A model generated the notes under the pieces. That model did no database searches, had not been told where the DNA came from, and was given only the letters and a program-made list of their open reading frames with translations. Both the position numbers and the translations under genes were made by a program. From assembly GCA_965199855.1 (NCBI GenBank), contig OZ241326.1, forward strand, positions 2,367,486 to 2,431,485: DNA of 64,000 nt, given 5' to 3'. The stretch is from a bacterium. Its GTDB lineage: Bacteria > UBA8248. Within the stretch, counting starts at the first letter, position 1, and each line of letters starts with the position of its first letter. Positions 1 to 7,854 of the stretch are shown in pieces.

Positions 1-1888
1 AGGCCGCTACGCCGTATTCCTCCATCTCCTTTCGGGGAAGATAGACGCGCCCCCGCCCGGCGTCCTCCCAGACGTCCCGCAGGATATTCGTCATCTGGAG
101 CGCCCTCCCCAGAGATACGGCGTAATCCTTCGCGGACTCGGACGCCACCCCGAAGACGCCCAGACAGGCCAGCCCCACCGCCGAGGCCACCTTGTCGCAA
201 TAGGCTTCCAGTTCCCGGAAATCCTCGAATCTCCGCTCCTCGAGGTCCATCGCCACTCCGTCGCAAATCGCCTCGAAATGCTCCTGCGGCAAGTCGTATT
301 TCCGCGCCGCCCGGGCGAGCTCCGCGATGATCGGGTGGGCCGGACTCTCATCTCCCAAACGCGCCGCGGCATCCCTCCATTCGCGCAGCAGGATTCTTTT
401 TCCGGAAACCTCGCCCGGCTCGTCGGCGATGTCGTCGGCCATGCGGCAATAGGCGTAGATCGCGATGATGGCGCGCCTTTTCTCCGCCGGCAGGGTGAAA
501 AAGGAGAGGTAGAAATTCGAGCGGCTCTGGCGAACGAGCCAGAGGCAATATCTGCGGTTCAGCTCCTCTTCCGCGCGAGCGTCCACGAGAGATTCGAGCC
601 GATGAATCGGGCGAAACGCGGCGAGAAACGACTTGGCCTTGTCCCGCCTGTTCAGCTTCGGCGAACCGGCGCAGACGTTCCACTCCTCGCGGGAAATCGC
701 ATCGAGCGCCGCCGCGCCGCCCCGCCAGATCGCCCGAAACTCGCGGCCCGACCTGCCGCGAATCCTGCGAAAAAGGGGCAGGCCCTCCCGGAAGTGGCGC
801 TTCGTTCTGTTGATGTGATGCACGAGAAGGGCGCGCAGCTGGGGCGTCGCCGCATCCTTCAGCAAATCATCGTCGGACACGCCGAACTTCCTCATGTCGT
901 CCTGGGGCATATAGATGAGGTTCCGCTCGGCGTTTTCCCTGATATCCTGCAAATGGTTCGCAATCTGCAGGCCCGTGCATATCGCGTCCGACGCGCGAAA
1001 GGCGGCCGCGCCGCGCGCGCCGTGCAACATGAGATAAATCCGCCCGACGGGGTGCGCGGAGCGGCGGCAATAGTCGATCAGCGCCTCGTAGTCCGGATAC
1101 CTGGATACCGTGACGTCCTGCCGAAAGGCGGAGAGCAGATCCTGAAAAGGCCGCAGGGGAAGATCGAACAGGCGAATCGTATGGGAAAGCGCCGCGAAAA
1201 CGTCCCTCTTCGCCCCTCCTCCCTTGGCCTCGACGAGCTCTTCCTCCCATTCGTCGAGACGGGCGAGCCGCTCGGCCGGAGGCGCGGCCGCATCTGATAT
1301 GTCGTCCGTGCTTCTGCAAAACGCATAGACCGCGAGGATGTGCGGCCTCAGCTTCGGCGGCAGCAGCCGTGAAGCGACAGGGAAATTCTCGGGGTGGGCG
1401 TCCACGATTCTCCGACATGCGTCATAGGCGGCGCCTGCGTCTTCCCGATCGCTTTTTCCGTTTTTTCCCGAACCGGGTATCTCCTCGCCTCGTCTCAGAG
1501 ACTCTATCAGGGGCGCGTCGGCCGGCAGAAAATCGAAATCCCCCAGCGCGAAAGGATGCGCCCATTCATGTCCGCTCACCCCCAGATTCCTCGCCGTCCC
1601 GCTCTTCCACTCGCAGTCATAGAAGCGGAGGTGGACGGCGCGGTCGGGGTAACGATGATGCGTCTTCCAGCGAAGACGCCCGACGCGGGCCTCGATGCCG
1701 AGCTCCTCGCAAATCTCCCGCCGCAGCGCCTCCCGGGGGTTCTCGCCGGGTTCCACCTTTCCGCCGGGAAACTCCCAGAGGCCGGGCATCTGTCCGCCCT
1801 GCGGGCGGCGGCAGACGAGAACGCGCTCCTCGCGCCAGACGATTCCGGCGACGACGCTAAGCTCCAAAGCGGCGGCTTCTTCTTTCAT
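1..1888 (-). CDS. NUDIX (MutT-like) hydrolase fused in frame to HpnC-like hydroxysqualene synthase and HpnD-like presqualene-diphosphate synthase; partial, 3' end beyond the window start
   Basis: Hand translation of the minus strand starts at ATG 1888-1886 in a TGAATG overlap with the upstream gene. The frame is not in the ORF track. It begins MKEEAAALELSVVAGIVWREERVLVCRRPQGGQMPGLWEFPGGKVEPGENPREALRREICEELGIE, a perfect Nudix box Gx5Ex7REUxEExGU. A linker IPGSGKNGKSDREDAG follows, then the HpnC signature ENFPVASRLLPPKLRPHILAVYAFCRSTDDISD ... LQIANHLQDIRENAERNLIYMPQDDMRKFGV. With no stop it continues into the HpnD signature RSNFYLSFFTLPAEKRRAIIAIYAYCRMADDIADE ... LQMTNILRDVWEDAGRGRVYLP. Codon phase (tops congruent 1 mod 3) was verified at 1888, 1519, 1441, 973, 778, 718 and 478. 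Confidence 0.8.
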   Translation of the reverse strand, partial: MKEEAAALELSVVAGIVWREERVLVCRRPQGGQMPGLWEFPGGKVEPGENPREALRREICEELGIEARVGRLRWKTHHRYPDRAVHLRFYDCEWKSGTARNLGVSGHEWAHPFALGDFDFLPADAPLIESLRRGEEIPGSGKNGKSDREDAGAAYDACRRIVDAHPENFPVASRLLPPKLRPHILAVYAFCRSTDDISDAAAPPAERLARLDEWEEELVEAKGGGAKRDVFAALSHTIRLFDLPLRPFQDLLSAFRQDVTVSRYPDYEALIDYCRRSAHPVGRIYLMLHGARGAAAFRASDAICTGLQIANHLQDIRENAERNLIYMPQDDMRKFGVSDDDLLKDAATPQLRALLVHHINRTKRHFREGLPLFRRIRGRSGREFRAIWRGGAAALDAISREEWNVCAGSPKLNRRDKAKSFLAAFRPIHRLESLVDARAEEELNRRYCLWLVRQSRSNFYLSFFTLPAEKRRAIIAIYAYCRMADDIADEPGEVSGKRILLREWRDAAARLGDESPAHPIIAELARAARKYDLPQEHFEAICDGVAMDLEERRFEDFRELEAYCDKVASAVGLACLGVFGVASESAKDYAVSLGRALQMTNILRDVWEDAGRGRVYLPRKEMEEYGVAA

Positions 1889-2716
1889 TCAGGCGCCTCC
1901 CGCCTCCTTCCGCGCGGCCCCCTCCTCCGCGCGCTTCGACAATCGCGCCAGCGTGCTGGAGAACACGACCGGCTCCGCCCGGGGCAGGGCTTCGGCCAGC
2001 GCCTTTTCATTCTCGAAGCGGGCGCCGGGGATGATCCATCCGGGCGTTTGCAGCTCCACCGAGCCCATGGAAAACGGCCATGGGGAGATTTCCAGATCGT
2101 TCGCGCCCGAGGTTCTCACCTTCAGGCCGCCCTGCGTCAGCGGGTGGACGGCGTCGTCGGGCGGGGTGATCTCGGGCGCGCGGCACGCCAGCAGGGAGAG
2201 CGTGTCGCAGGCCCTGAGCAGCGCCGCGCCGCTCTCAATCGAGTCCCTGGACTCCGGCTCGATGCGGGCGTCGAGCGTCTCGCGCCGCTTCGCCTCGGCG
2301 TGAATGAAGCCGCTCAGCAGCCTGGAGACCTCCTGGGGCGCGCCCCGCCTGCCTCCGGCGGCGAGCGAGGCGAAATGGACGCTGACCAGATAGCCGGAAA
2401 ACGGATGGAAGGACGCGCATGAATCAATGCCCTCCGCCCATATTTTCACGGCCTCATCCGCCGTGACCCCGAAAAAGCTGCATGGCAGACTCGTCACGTC
2501 GTCCCATTTCGGCGTAGCGTCCGAGCGGCACCATCCCACGTCGTGGTTGTCCACGGCGAAGAGAACTTTCTCCCTGGCCCCGGCGGGCGGGGCGGGGAGC
2601 GACTCGATGCCCGTCCACTTTCGCGCGATCGTCCCCGCCGCCCTGGCGTGATCATGCTGGGAAATGAGGCAAACGTCATTCTCTCTCGGACGAACTATCA
2701 TGCGGCGCACCTGCAA
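1889..2716 (-). CDS. conserved hypothetical protein (possibly DUF3891-like), translationally coupled to the downstream NUDIX-HpnCD gene
   Basis: 275-aa ORF with mixed composition (MIVRPRENDVCLISQHDHARAAGTIARKW...). Its stop codon overlaps the start of the next gene (TGAATG). The overlapping plus-strand ORFs are antisense to real minus-strand genes. Confidence 0.5.
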   Translation of the reverse strand: MQVRRMIVRPRENDVCLISQHDHARAAGTIARKWTGIESLPAPPAGAREKVLFAVDNHDVGWCRSDATPKWDDVTSLPCSFFGVTADEAVKIWAEGIDSCASFHPFSGYLVSVHFASLAAGGRRGAPQEVSRLLSGFIHAEAKRRETLDARIEPESRDSIESGAALLRACDTLSLLACRAPEITPPDDAVHPLTQGGLKVRTSGANDLEISPWPFSMGSVELQTPGWIIPGARFENEKALAEALPRAEPVVFSSTLARLSKRAEEGAARKEAGGA

Positions 2717-2938
2717 ACGCGGCGGCTAGGACGCGGACGGCCTGCCGGCTTCCCCGTCGCGGGGAACTCCGTCGCATTGTAGGCGCCCGGGGAAAATCCG
2801 GCAACCGCCATGGCGTCCGAGAAGGGAACGGCGCGCGAGCCGGGCGTCCACTTGAAGGGACGCATGAAAAATACGTAACCTTGCCGGAAGGCAACGCGCG
2901 AGCCCGAACTCCCGAGAAGAGGAAGCCGCAAGCCGACT

Positions 2939-4375
2939 ATGAGCGAGAAGAACTCCCCGCAAGACCCCGGTTCGGTCGGCCTGACGAGGACGCGGACGAT
3001 AACGCTGCCCGATCCGTTCAGGACGGATTCGGGCGAAACGCTGCCCGAAGTCCGCGTCGCCTACGAGACATACGGCGAGCTCTCCCCCGGCGGTGACAAC
3101 GCCGTCCTCGTCATCCACGCCTTGACGGGCGACGCGCACGCGGCGGGCTTCCACAGCGAGGCTGATCCGCGCCCCGGCTGGTGGGATCCGATGATCGGCC
3201 CCGGCAAGGCCATCGACACCGAAAAATACTTCGTCGTCTCCTCCAACAACCTGGGGGGATGCGCGGGCACGACGGGGCCCGGCTCCATAAATCCCGCCAC
3301 GGGGAAGCCCTACAACATGCGCTTCCCCGTCATCACGGTGGAGGACACGGTTCGAGCGCACAGGCTGCTCCTCGAGCGCCTGGGGGTAAAGCGCCTCAGG
3401 ACGGTCATCGGCGGCTCCCTCGCCGGGATGCAGACCCTGGAGTGGGGTCTGCGCTACGGGGACTTCTGCGACTCCGTCATCCCGGTCGCGGCCGCCGCCC
3501 GCCTGGATCCCATGGGAATCGCGTGGGGCAAAATCGCCCGCAGGGCCATTACGGCGGACGCCGCCTGGAAAAGCGGCGACTACGCCCCCGGCCAGGGGCC
3601 GCGCAAGGGCCTGAGCGCGGCGCGGATGCTGGCCCACGTCACCTACCTGAGCCGGGGAATCATGTGGGAGAAATTCGGGCGCGAGACGCGGGACAAGGAC
3701 GCGATGCTGGCGGACATCGCCTCCCGCTTCGAGGTGGAGAGCTATCTCGACCACCAGGGCGAGAAATTCGTCGATCGATTCGACGCCAACTCGTATCTGT
3801 ATATCTCCCGCATGATGGACCTCTACGACGCCTCGCTGGGCTTCGAGAGCCTGGAAGCCTCCCTCTCCCGCCTGAGCGCCAAGTGCATGCTCGTGTGCTT
3901 CATCTCCGACTGGCTCTTCCCGCCGGAGAGAAGCATTGAGATGGCCGAGGCGCTGCGAAAGCTCGGGCGTGAGGTGGAGCTGCACACCGTGGAATCCACC
4001 TACGGTCACGACGCCTTTCTGGTGCAATACGACAAGCTCACCGAGATCGTCGGCGGCTTTCTGGAAAGGCTCGAAAGGGGCGGGGCGATCGGCATCGACG
4101 CGACCCCCGTCCCCCCGGGGTGCCGCCGCCTCGTTCTCTCTTTTCCCGGCGACTTGGCGGACAAACCCGTTTTGTGGGAACTCGGCGAGAGATACTCGTT
4201 TTCCGTCAACGTGGCGAGAAGCGAGCTCGACGCCCGCTCGGGCTGGCAGGTATGCGAATTCCAAGGAGACGCGGAGGAAATCGCGCGCGCGGCGGCGGAA
4301 CTCAGAAGCATGGGCGTCTGGGTCGATGCGGGAGGGCACGACGCCATCGACCACGATCGCGCCGAAGTGGTATAA
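2939..4375 (+). CDS. metX: homoserine O-acetyltransferase MetX with a ~90-aa C-terminal extension domain
   Basis: VAYETYGELSPGGDNAVLVIHALTGDAHAAG...GGSLAGMQTLEW is the classic MetX alpha/beta-hydrolase core. At 478 aa it exceeds the usual ~370-400 aa; the extra tail is ...LVLSFPGDLADKPVLWELGERYSFSVNVARSEL... Confidence 0.85.
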   Translation: MSEKNSPQDPGSVGLTRTRTITLPDPFRTDSGETLPEVRVAYETYGELSPGGDNAVLVIHALTGDAHAAGFHSEADPRPGWWDPMIGPGKAIDTEKYFVVSSNNLGGCAGTTGPGSINPATGKPYNMRFPVITVEDTVRAHRLLLERLGVKRLRTVIGGSLAGMQTLEWGLRYGDFCDSVIPVAAAARLDPMGIAWGKIARRAITADAAWKSGDYAPGQGPRKGLSAARMLAHVTYLSRGIMWEKFGRETRDKDAMLADIASRFEVESYLDHQGEKFVDRFDANSYLYISRMMDLYDASLGFESLEASLSRLSAKCMLVCFISDWLFPPERSIEMAEALRKLGREVELHTVESTYGHDAFLVQYDKLTEIVGGFLERLERGGAIGIDATPVPPGCRRLVLSFPGDLADKPVLWELGERYSFSVNVARSELDARSGWQVCEFQGDAEEIARAAAELRSMGVWVDAGGHDAIDHDRAEVV

Positions 4376-4450
4376 ATCAGGGAGCGCGGCCCGGAACATA
4401 AAGATCGCTTTCTTTTCTCAAACCCGCAAACACAAGACGGAGACGATCCG

Positions 4451-5083
4451 ATGAGCGCACTGAAAGAACCCATCGTCGTGGTGAAATACTCGGATTACAC
4501 GTGACCGTTCTGCTACGTCGCCACCGTGGGTGGCACGCCCGTGATCGAGGAAGACTCCGACGTGGTCGTCGAATGGGTCAGCTGGGAGGGCAGACCCCCC
4601 GGGCAGGATTTCGCCGGCTACACGCCCGAGCAGAAAAAAGAGAACTACGAGAACCACCACAAGCCTCTCGCCGAGAAATACGGCGTGCCGCTCCGCCCGG
4701 CGGGGGCGGACTACCGCACGACGGGCCTCCACATGGCCACCTACTACGCCCGGGACAAGGGAAAATTCAGGGAATTCCGGGATCGCTGCTACAAGGCGCG
4801 CTGGGTGGACGACCTCGACCTCGAGGACGCGGAGACCATCGCCGCGCTCGGCGAGGAGGTCGGCCTGGCCGGGCAGGAAATCAAGGCCGTCATCGCCGAG
4901 GGGCGCTACATCGGCGCCCTGCGCAGCCAGCGCGCCCAGGGCAAGGGTCTGGGCATTTTCGGAATCCCCACCTTCGTGGTGGAGGGCAAGCTCTTCTGGG
5001 GCAAGGACGTCATCGACGACGTGCGCGCCGAGGTCGCCCGCGTCCGGCGGGAGCGGCTCGAAAAGCAAGAGGAAGAGGGCTAG
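4451..5083 (+). CDS. DsbA-like thiol-disulfide oxidoreductase selenoprotein (UPFC active site), 210 aa including Sec
   Basis: The ATG at 4451 gives MSALKEPIVVVKYSDYT-TGA(4502-4504)-PFCYVATVGG..., continuing in frame into track ORF 4526..5083. The TGA sits exactly at the first Cys of the DsbA CPFC motif. A GC hairpin gccacc-gtg-ggtggc (4520-4534) lies 15 nt downstream of the TGA, consistent with a bacterial SECIS. The GIFGIPTFVV DsbA motif is present. Confidence 0.7.
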
Positions 5084-5219
5084 CCGCTCCCTCCTTGCGC
5101 TCAGGGGCCGTCCCCGCGCGAAGCAGGCGCCGCCTCGGCGGGCTGCGCCCGCCTCACCCTTTCAGCACTGGTTCCGCAGGCCGGAGCTCCCGGCCCCGAC
5201 ATTTCGAGGAGAGAACCCG

Positions 5220-6812
5220 ATGGCGCAATTCGACGGCATCATCATCGGCGCGGGCCACAACGGCCTGGTGTGCGCGGCCTATCTCGCGCGGGCGGGGCTG
5301 AAGGTCGCCGTCCTCGAAAACGAACCCGAAATCGGCGGCGGATCAAGCACGAAGGAATTTCTCCTGCCAGGCTACCGCTCGAACATGCACGCGAATTTCT
5401 TCATCGGCCTCGACGATTTTCCCATCGTCAAGGATTTGGAGCTGAACAAACACGGCTTCAGGTGGCTTACGCCGGACGCCCAGCACGCCGCGCTCTATCG
5501 GGACGGCACGGCGATTCTCCTCCATCGGGATCCGGAGAAAAGCGCCGCTTCCATCTCGAAATTCTCCCGAAAGGACGCTGAATCCTACGTCTATCTTCAC
5601 AGGCGATTCGCCGTGGAGCTCGCCCCCCTCATGCGCAGCTTCCTGTTTCATCCGCCGCTGCCTCCGGGAGAAATCGCCGAGCGGATGGAGAGCGAAGCGG
5701 GTCGGGAGGTTCTGGGCTTCGCGAAGACGTCCATCTTCGAGGCTATCGAATCCCACTTCGAGCATCCCAAGATGCGCGCGCTTTTCTTCCTCTTCTCCCA
5801 CGCCATCACGGTGGAGGACGCGCCGGGCACGGGCATTTTTCTCCCGAGTCTGTTCTCCACCCACACGACGCTCGGCCTTCCGGTGGGAGGCGCCCTCCAG
5901 TTGCCGCTGGCGCTCGAGCGCATCATCCTCCAGAATGGCGGCGTCGTCCTCAGAAACAGCCGCGTCCGCGAAGTGACGCGCGAAGCCGGCCGCGCGGCGG
6001 GCGTCGCGCTCGAAAACGGAGAGAGGATGACGGCGGGGCGGTTCGTCGCCTCCAGCCTCAACGCGCCGGCGTCCATCCGGATGGCGGGAGAGGACGCCTT
6101 CCCCGACGAGGTGAACGAGAAGGCGCGAAACTGGGACTGGGGCTTCCACTCCCTCAGCACGCTGCATCTCGCCCTGGCCGAGCCTCCGAAATACGCGGCG
6201 GAGGACTTCGACCCGGACGTGGTCCGCGCCTACAACGTCATCTTCGGCGCGGATTCGGGCGAGGAGATGGCCGAAAACGCGCAGGAGCGCAAGAGCGGCG
6301 CCCTGCCCTCGCGCCCTATGGGCAACGGCGCGTGCAACAGCCGGCACGACCCTTCCTACGCGCCCGCCGACGGGCACGTCGCCTTCTGGTGGCCGGGCGC
6401 GCCCTACGACCTCAGGGACGGCGGCCCCGAAAAATGGGATGAGATAAAGGAGGAATACGCCGAGCGTCTGGTGGGCGCGTGGCGAGGCTACGCCCCGAAC
6501 CTCACGCCCGGGAACATTCGCGCGGCGAAGCTCTACACCCCGCTCGACGTGGAGCGCGGGAACGGGAACATGGTGCGCGGCGGCGTGCGCATGGGCGCCT
6601 ATATTCCCGAGCAGCTGGGCGTCAACAGGCCCCATCCCCTGCTCTCCGGCATGAGGACGCCGCTGGAAGGGTTTTATCTGTGCAGTTCGAGCTGCCAGGG
6701 GGGCGGCCTGAACGGAGCGCCCGGCTACAACGCGGCGGGCGTCATCGCGGACGACCAGGGCGTGGAGAAGTGGTGGGAGCCGCTGCCCGCGCCCGCGTCG
6801 CCCGCGCTCTAG
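5220..6812 (+). CDS. CrtI/phytoene-desaturase-family FAD-dependent oxidoreductase
   Basis: N-terminal Rossmann fold MAQFDGIIIGAGHNGLVCAAYLARAGLKVAVLE; 530 aa with amine-oxidase/CrtI-like architecture. Confidence 0.75.
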   Translation: MAQFDGIIIGAGHNGLVCAAYLARAGLKVAVLENEPEIGGGSSTKEFLLPGYRSNMHANFFIGLDDFPIVKDLELNKHGFRWLTPDAQHAALYRDGTAILLHRDPEKSAASISKFSRKDAESYVYLHRRFAVELAPLMRSFLFHPPLPPGEIAERMESEAGREVLGFAKTSIFEAIESHFEHPKMRALFFLFSHAITVEDAPGTGIFLPSLFSTHTTLGLPVGGALQLPLALERIILQNGGVVLRNSRVREVTREAGRAAGVALENGERMTAGRFVASSLNAPASIRMAGEDAFPDEVNEKARNWDWGFHSLSTLHLALAEPPKYAAEDFDPDVVRAYNVIFGADSGEEMAENAQERKSGALPSRPMGNGACNSRHDPSYAPADGHVAFWWPGAPYDLRDGGPEKWDEIKEEYAERLVGAWRGYAPNLTPGNIRAAKLYTPLDVERGNGNMVRGGVRMGAYIPEQLGVNRPHPLLSGMRTPLEGFYLCSSSCQGGGLNGAPGYNAAGVIADDQGVEKWWEPLPAPASPAL

Positions 6813-7210
6813 CTCCCGGATTCGGGGATCATCGCCACCGCCTCGATCTCCACGATGTCGTCCTGGTTCAGCGCGCTCACCTCCACGATGGTGCGCGCGG
6901 GGAGGTTCGGCCCGAAGTATTCCTCATACAGCCGGTTGACGACCGGACGATGGGCGTTCATGTCCCGCACATAGACGACGGTGGAAACGAAGGTCGCCAG
7001 GGACGCCCCCGCCGCCTCCGCGATGGCTTTCAGATTCTCGAGCGCCCTTCTCGCGCGAGCCTCGATGCTCCTCTCGACGAGCTCCCCCGTTTCGGGGTCG
7101 ATGCCGCGCTGGCCGGCGATGAACAGCAGATTCCCCGCCCGGCGCGCCTGAACGAACGGCCCAGTGGGCGAAGGCGCGCGGCCCGTCTGAATGGTTCGAG
7201 GCGACTCCAA
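6809..7210 (-). CDS. ridA: RidA/YjgF family reactive-intermediate deaminase
   Basis: 133 aa; GPFVQARRAGNLLFIAGQ...ARTIVEVSAL is typical of RidA. Confidence 0.8.
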   Translation of the reverse strand: MESPRTIQTGRAPSPTGPFVQARRAGNLLFIAGQRGIDPETGELVERSIEARARRALENLKAIAEAAGASLATFVSTVVYVRDMNAHRPVVNRLYEEYFGPNLPARTIVEVSALNQDDIVEIEAVAMIPESGS

Positions 7211-7274
7211 GACGCCCCCCGATTGAAGGAGGAAGAACAGACGCGCGAGCGGCCTGTTTCGGCTTCGCGCCGCG

Positions 7275-7499
7275 CTATTTCTTCTTGCCTTTGGGCAGCT
7301 CCGCCGGAAACGCGATTTTGAGCCATTGCCGCGTCAGGATGGTCGCGGCGTTCTCGTCTTTTCCGGGAATGAACGCTATCGGCTCCTTCGGCTGCGCGCC
7401 TTCCCGATCCAGCATGAAGACGTCGACGCCGAACCCATAAAGATCGTGCTCGCGGGTCTGAAGATTGTATTTCACCCCGTTGTTCGTCAGTTCGCTCAT
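7275..7499 (-). CDS. small hypothetical protein (74 aa), lower GC than its flanks
   Basis: Clean ORF MSELTNNGVKYNLQTREHDLYGFGVDVFMLD... with local GC about 57%. Confidence 0.4.
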   Translation of the reverse strand: MSELTNNGVKYNLQTREHDLYGFGVDVFMLDREGAQPKEPIAFIPGKDENAATILTRQWLKIAFPAELPKGKKK

Positions 7500-7664
7500 C
7501 TCGAATCATCCCCTCAAAACCGCTTGCGAAAACCGGACGATGGCGATTCCAGCGCTTCCCAGCATAGCGGACGGCGCGAATCGCCGCAAATTCGGGCGGG
7601 CGCGCGCCTCGAATCCGGCCGTTCTTGACCCTCTCCCGGCTCTGTGATACACGCAACGGCCCAT

Positions 7665-7739
7665 GGGCCGTTAGCTCAGTGGCAGAGCGCTGCCTTCACA
7701 CGGCAGAAGTCACTGGTTCAAATCCAGTACGGCCCACCA
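7665..7739 (+). tRNA. tRNA-Val (anticodon CAC)
   Basis: Cloverleaf: acceptor gggccgt/acggccc, anticodon stem ctgcc/ggcag with loop ttCACac, T-loop ttcaaat, encoded CCA. Confidence 0.85.
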
Positions 7740-7854
7740 CAGGAATTTTATCGTTCATCTTCCCGACCGTCTCCCAAGCGAAGCGCCCTCCGCGCCGCCC
7801 CTCGCGGGCGGACGCGCCCGCGCATCCTTCCGCCGCGCTTCCAGGAAAACCGCC

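Noticed and set aside
278-1297. 339-aa plus-strand ORF (plus 1369..1860, 1394..2422 and 1695..2303 on plus)
   Set aside because: These are antisense to the hand-verified minus-strand NUDIX-HpnC-HpnD gene. Their products are Arg/Gly/Pro-rich, consistent with high-GC shadow ORFs.
2726-4399. 557-aa minus-strand ORF
   Set aside because: It is antisense to metX, which has clear family motifs, and has an R/G/A-rich composition.
5343-6635. 430-aa minus-strand ORF
   Set aside because: Antisense shadow of the CrtI-family oxidoreductase gene.
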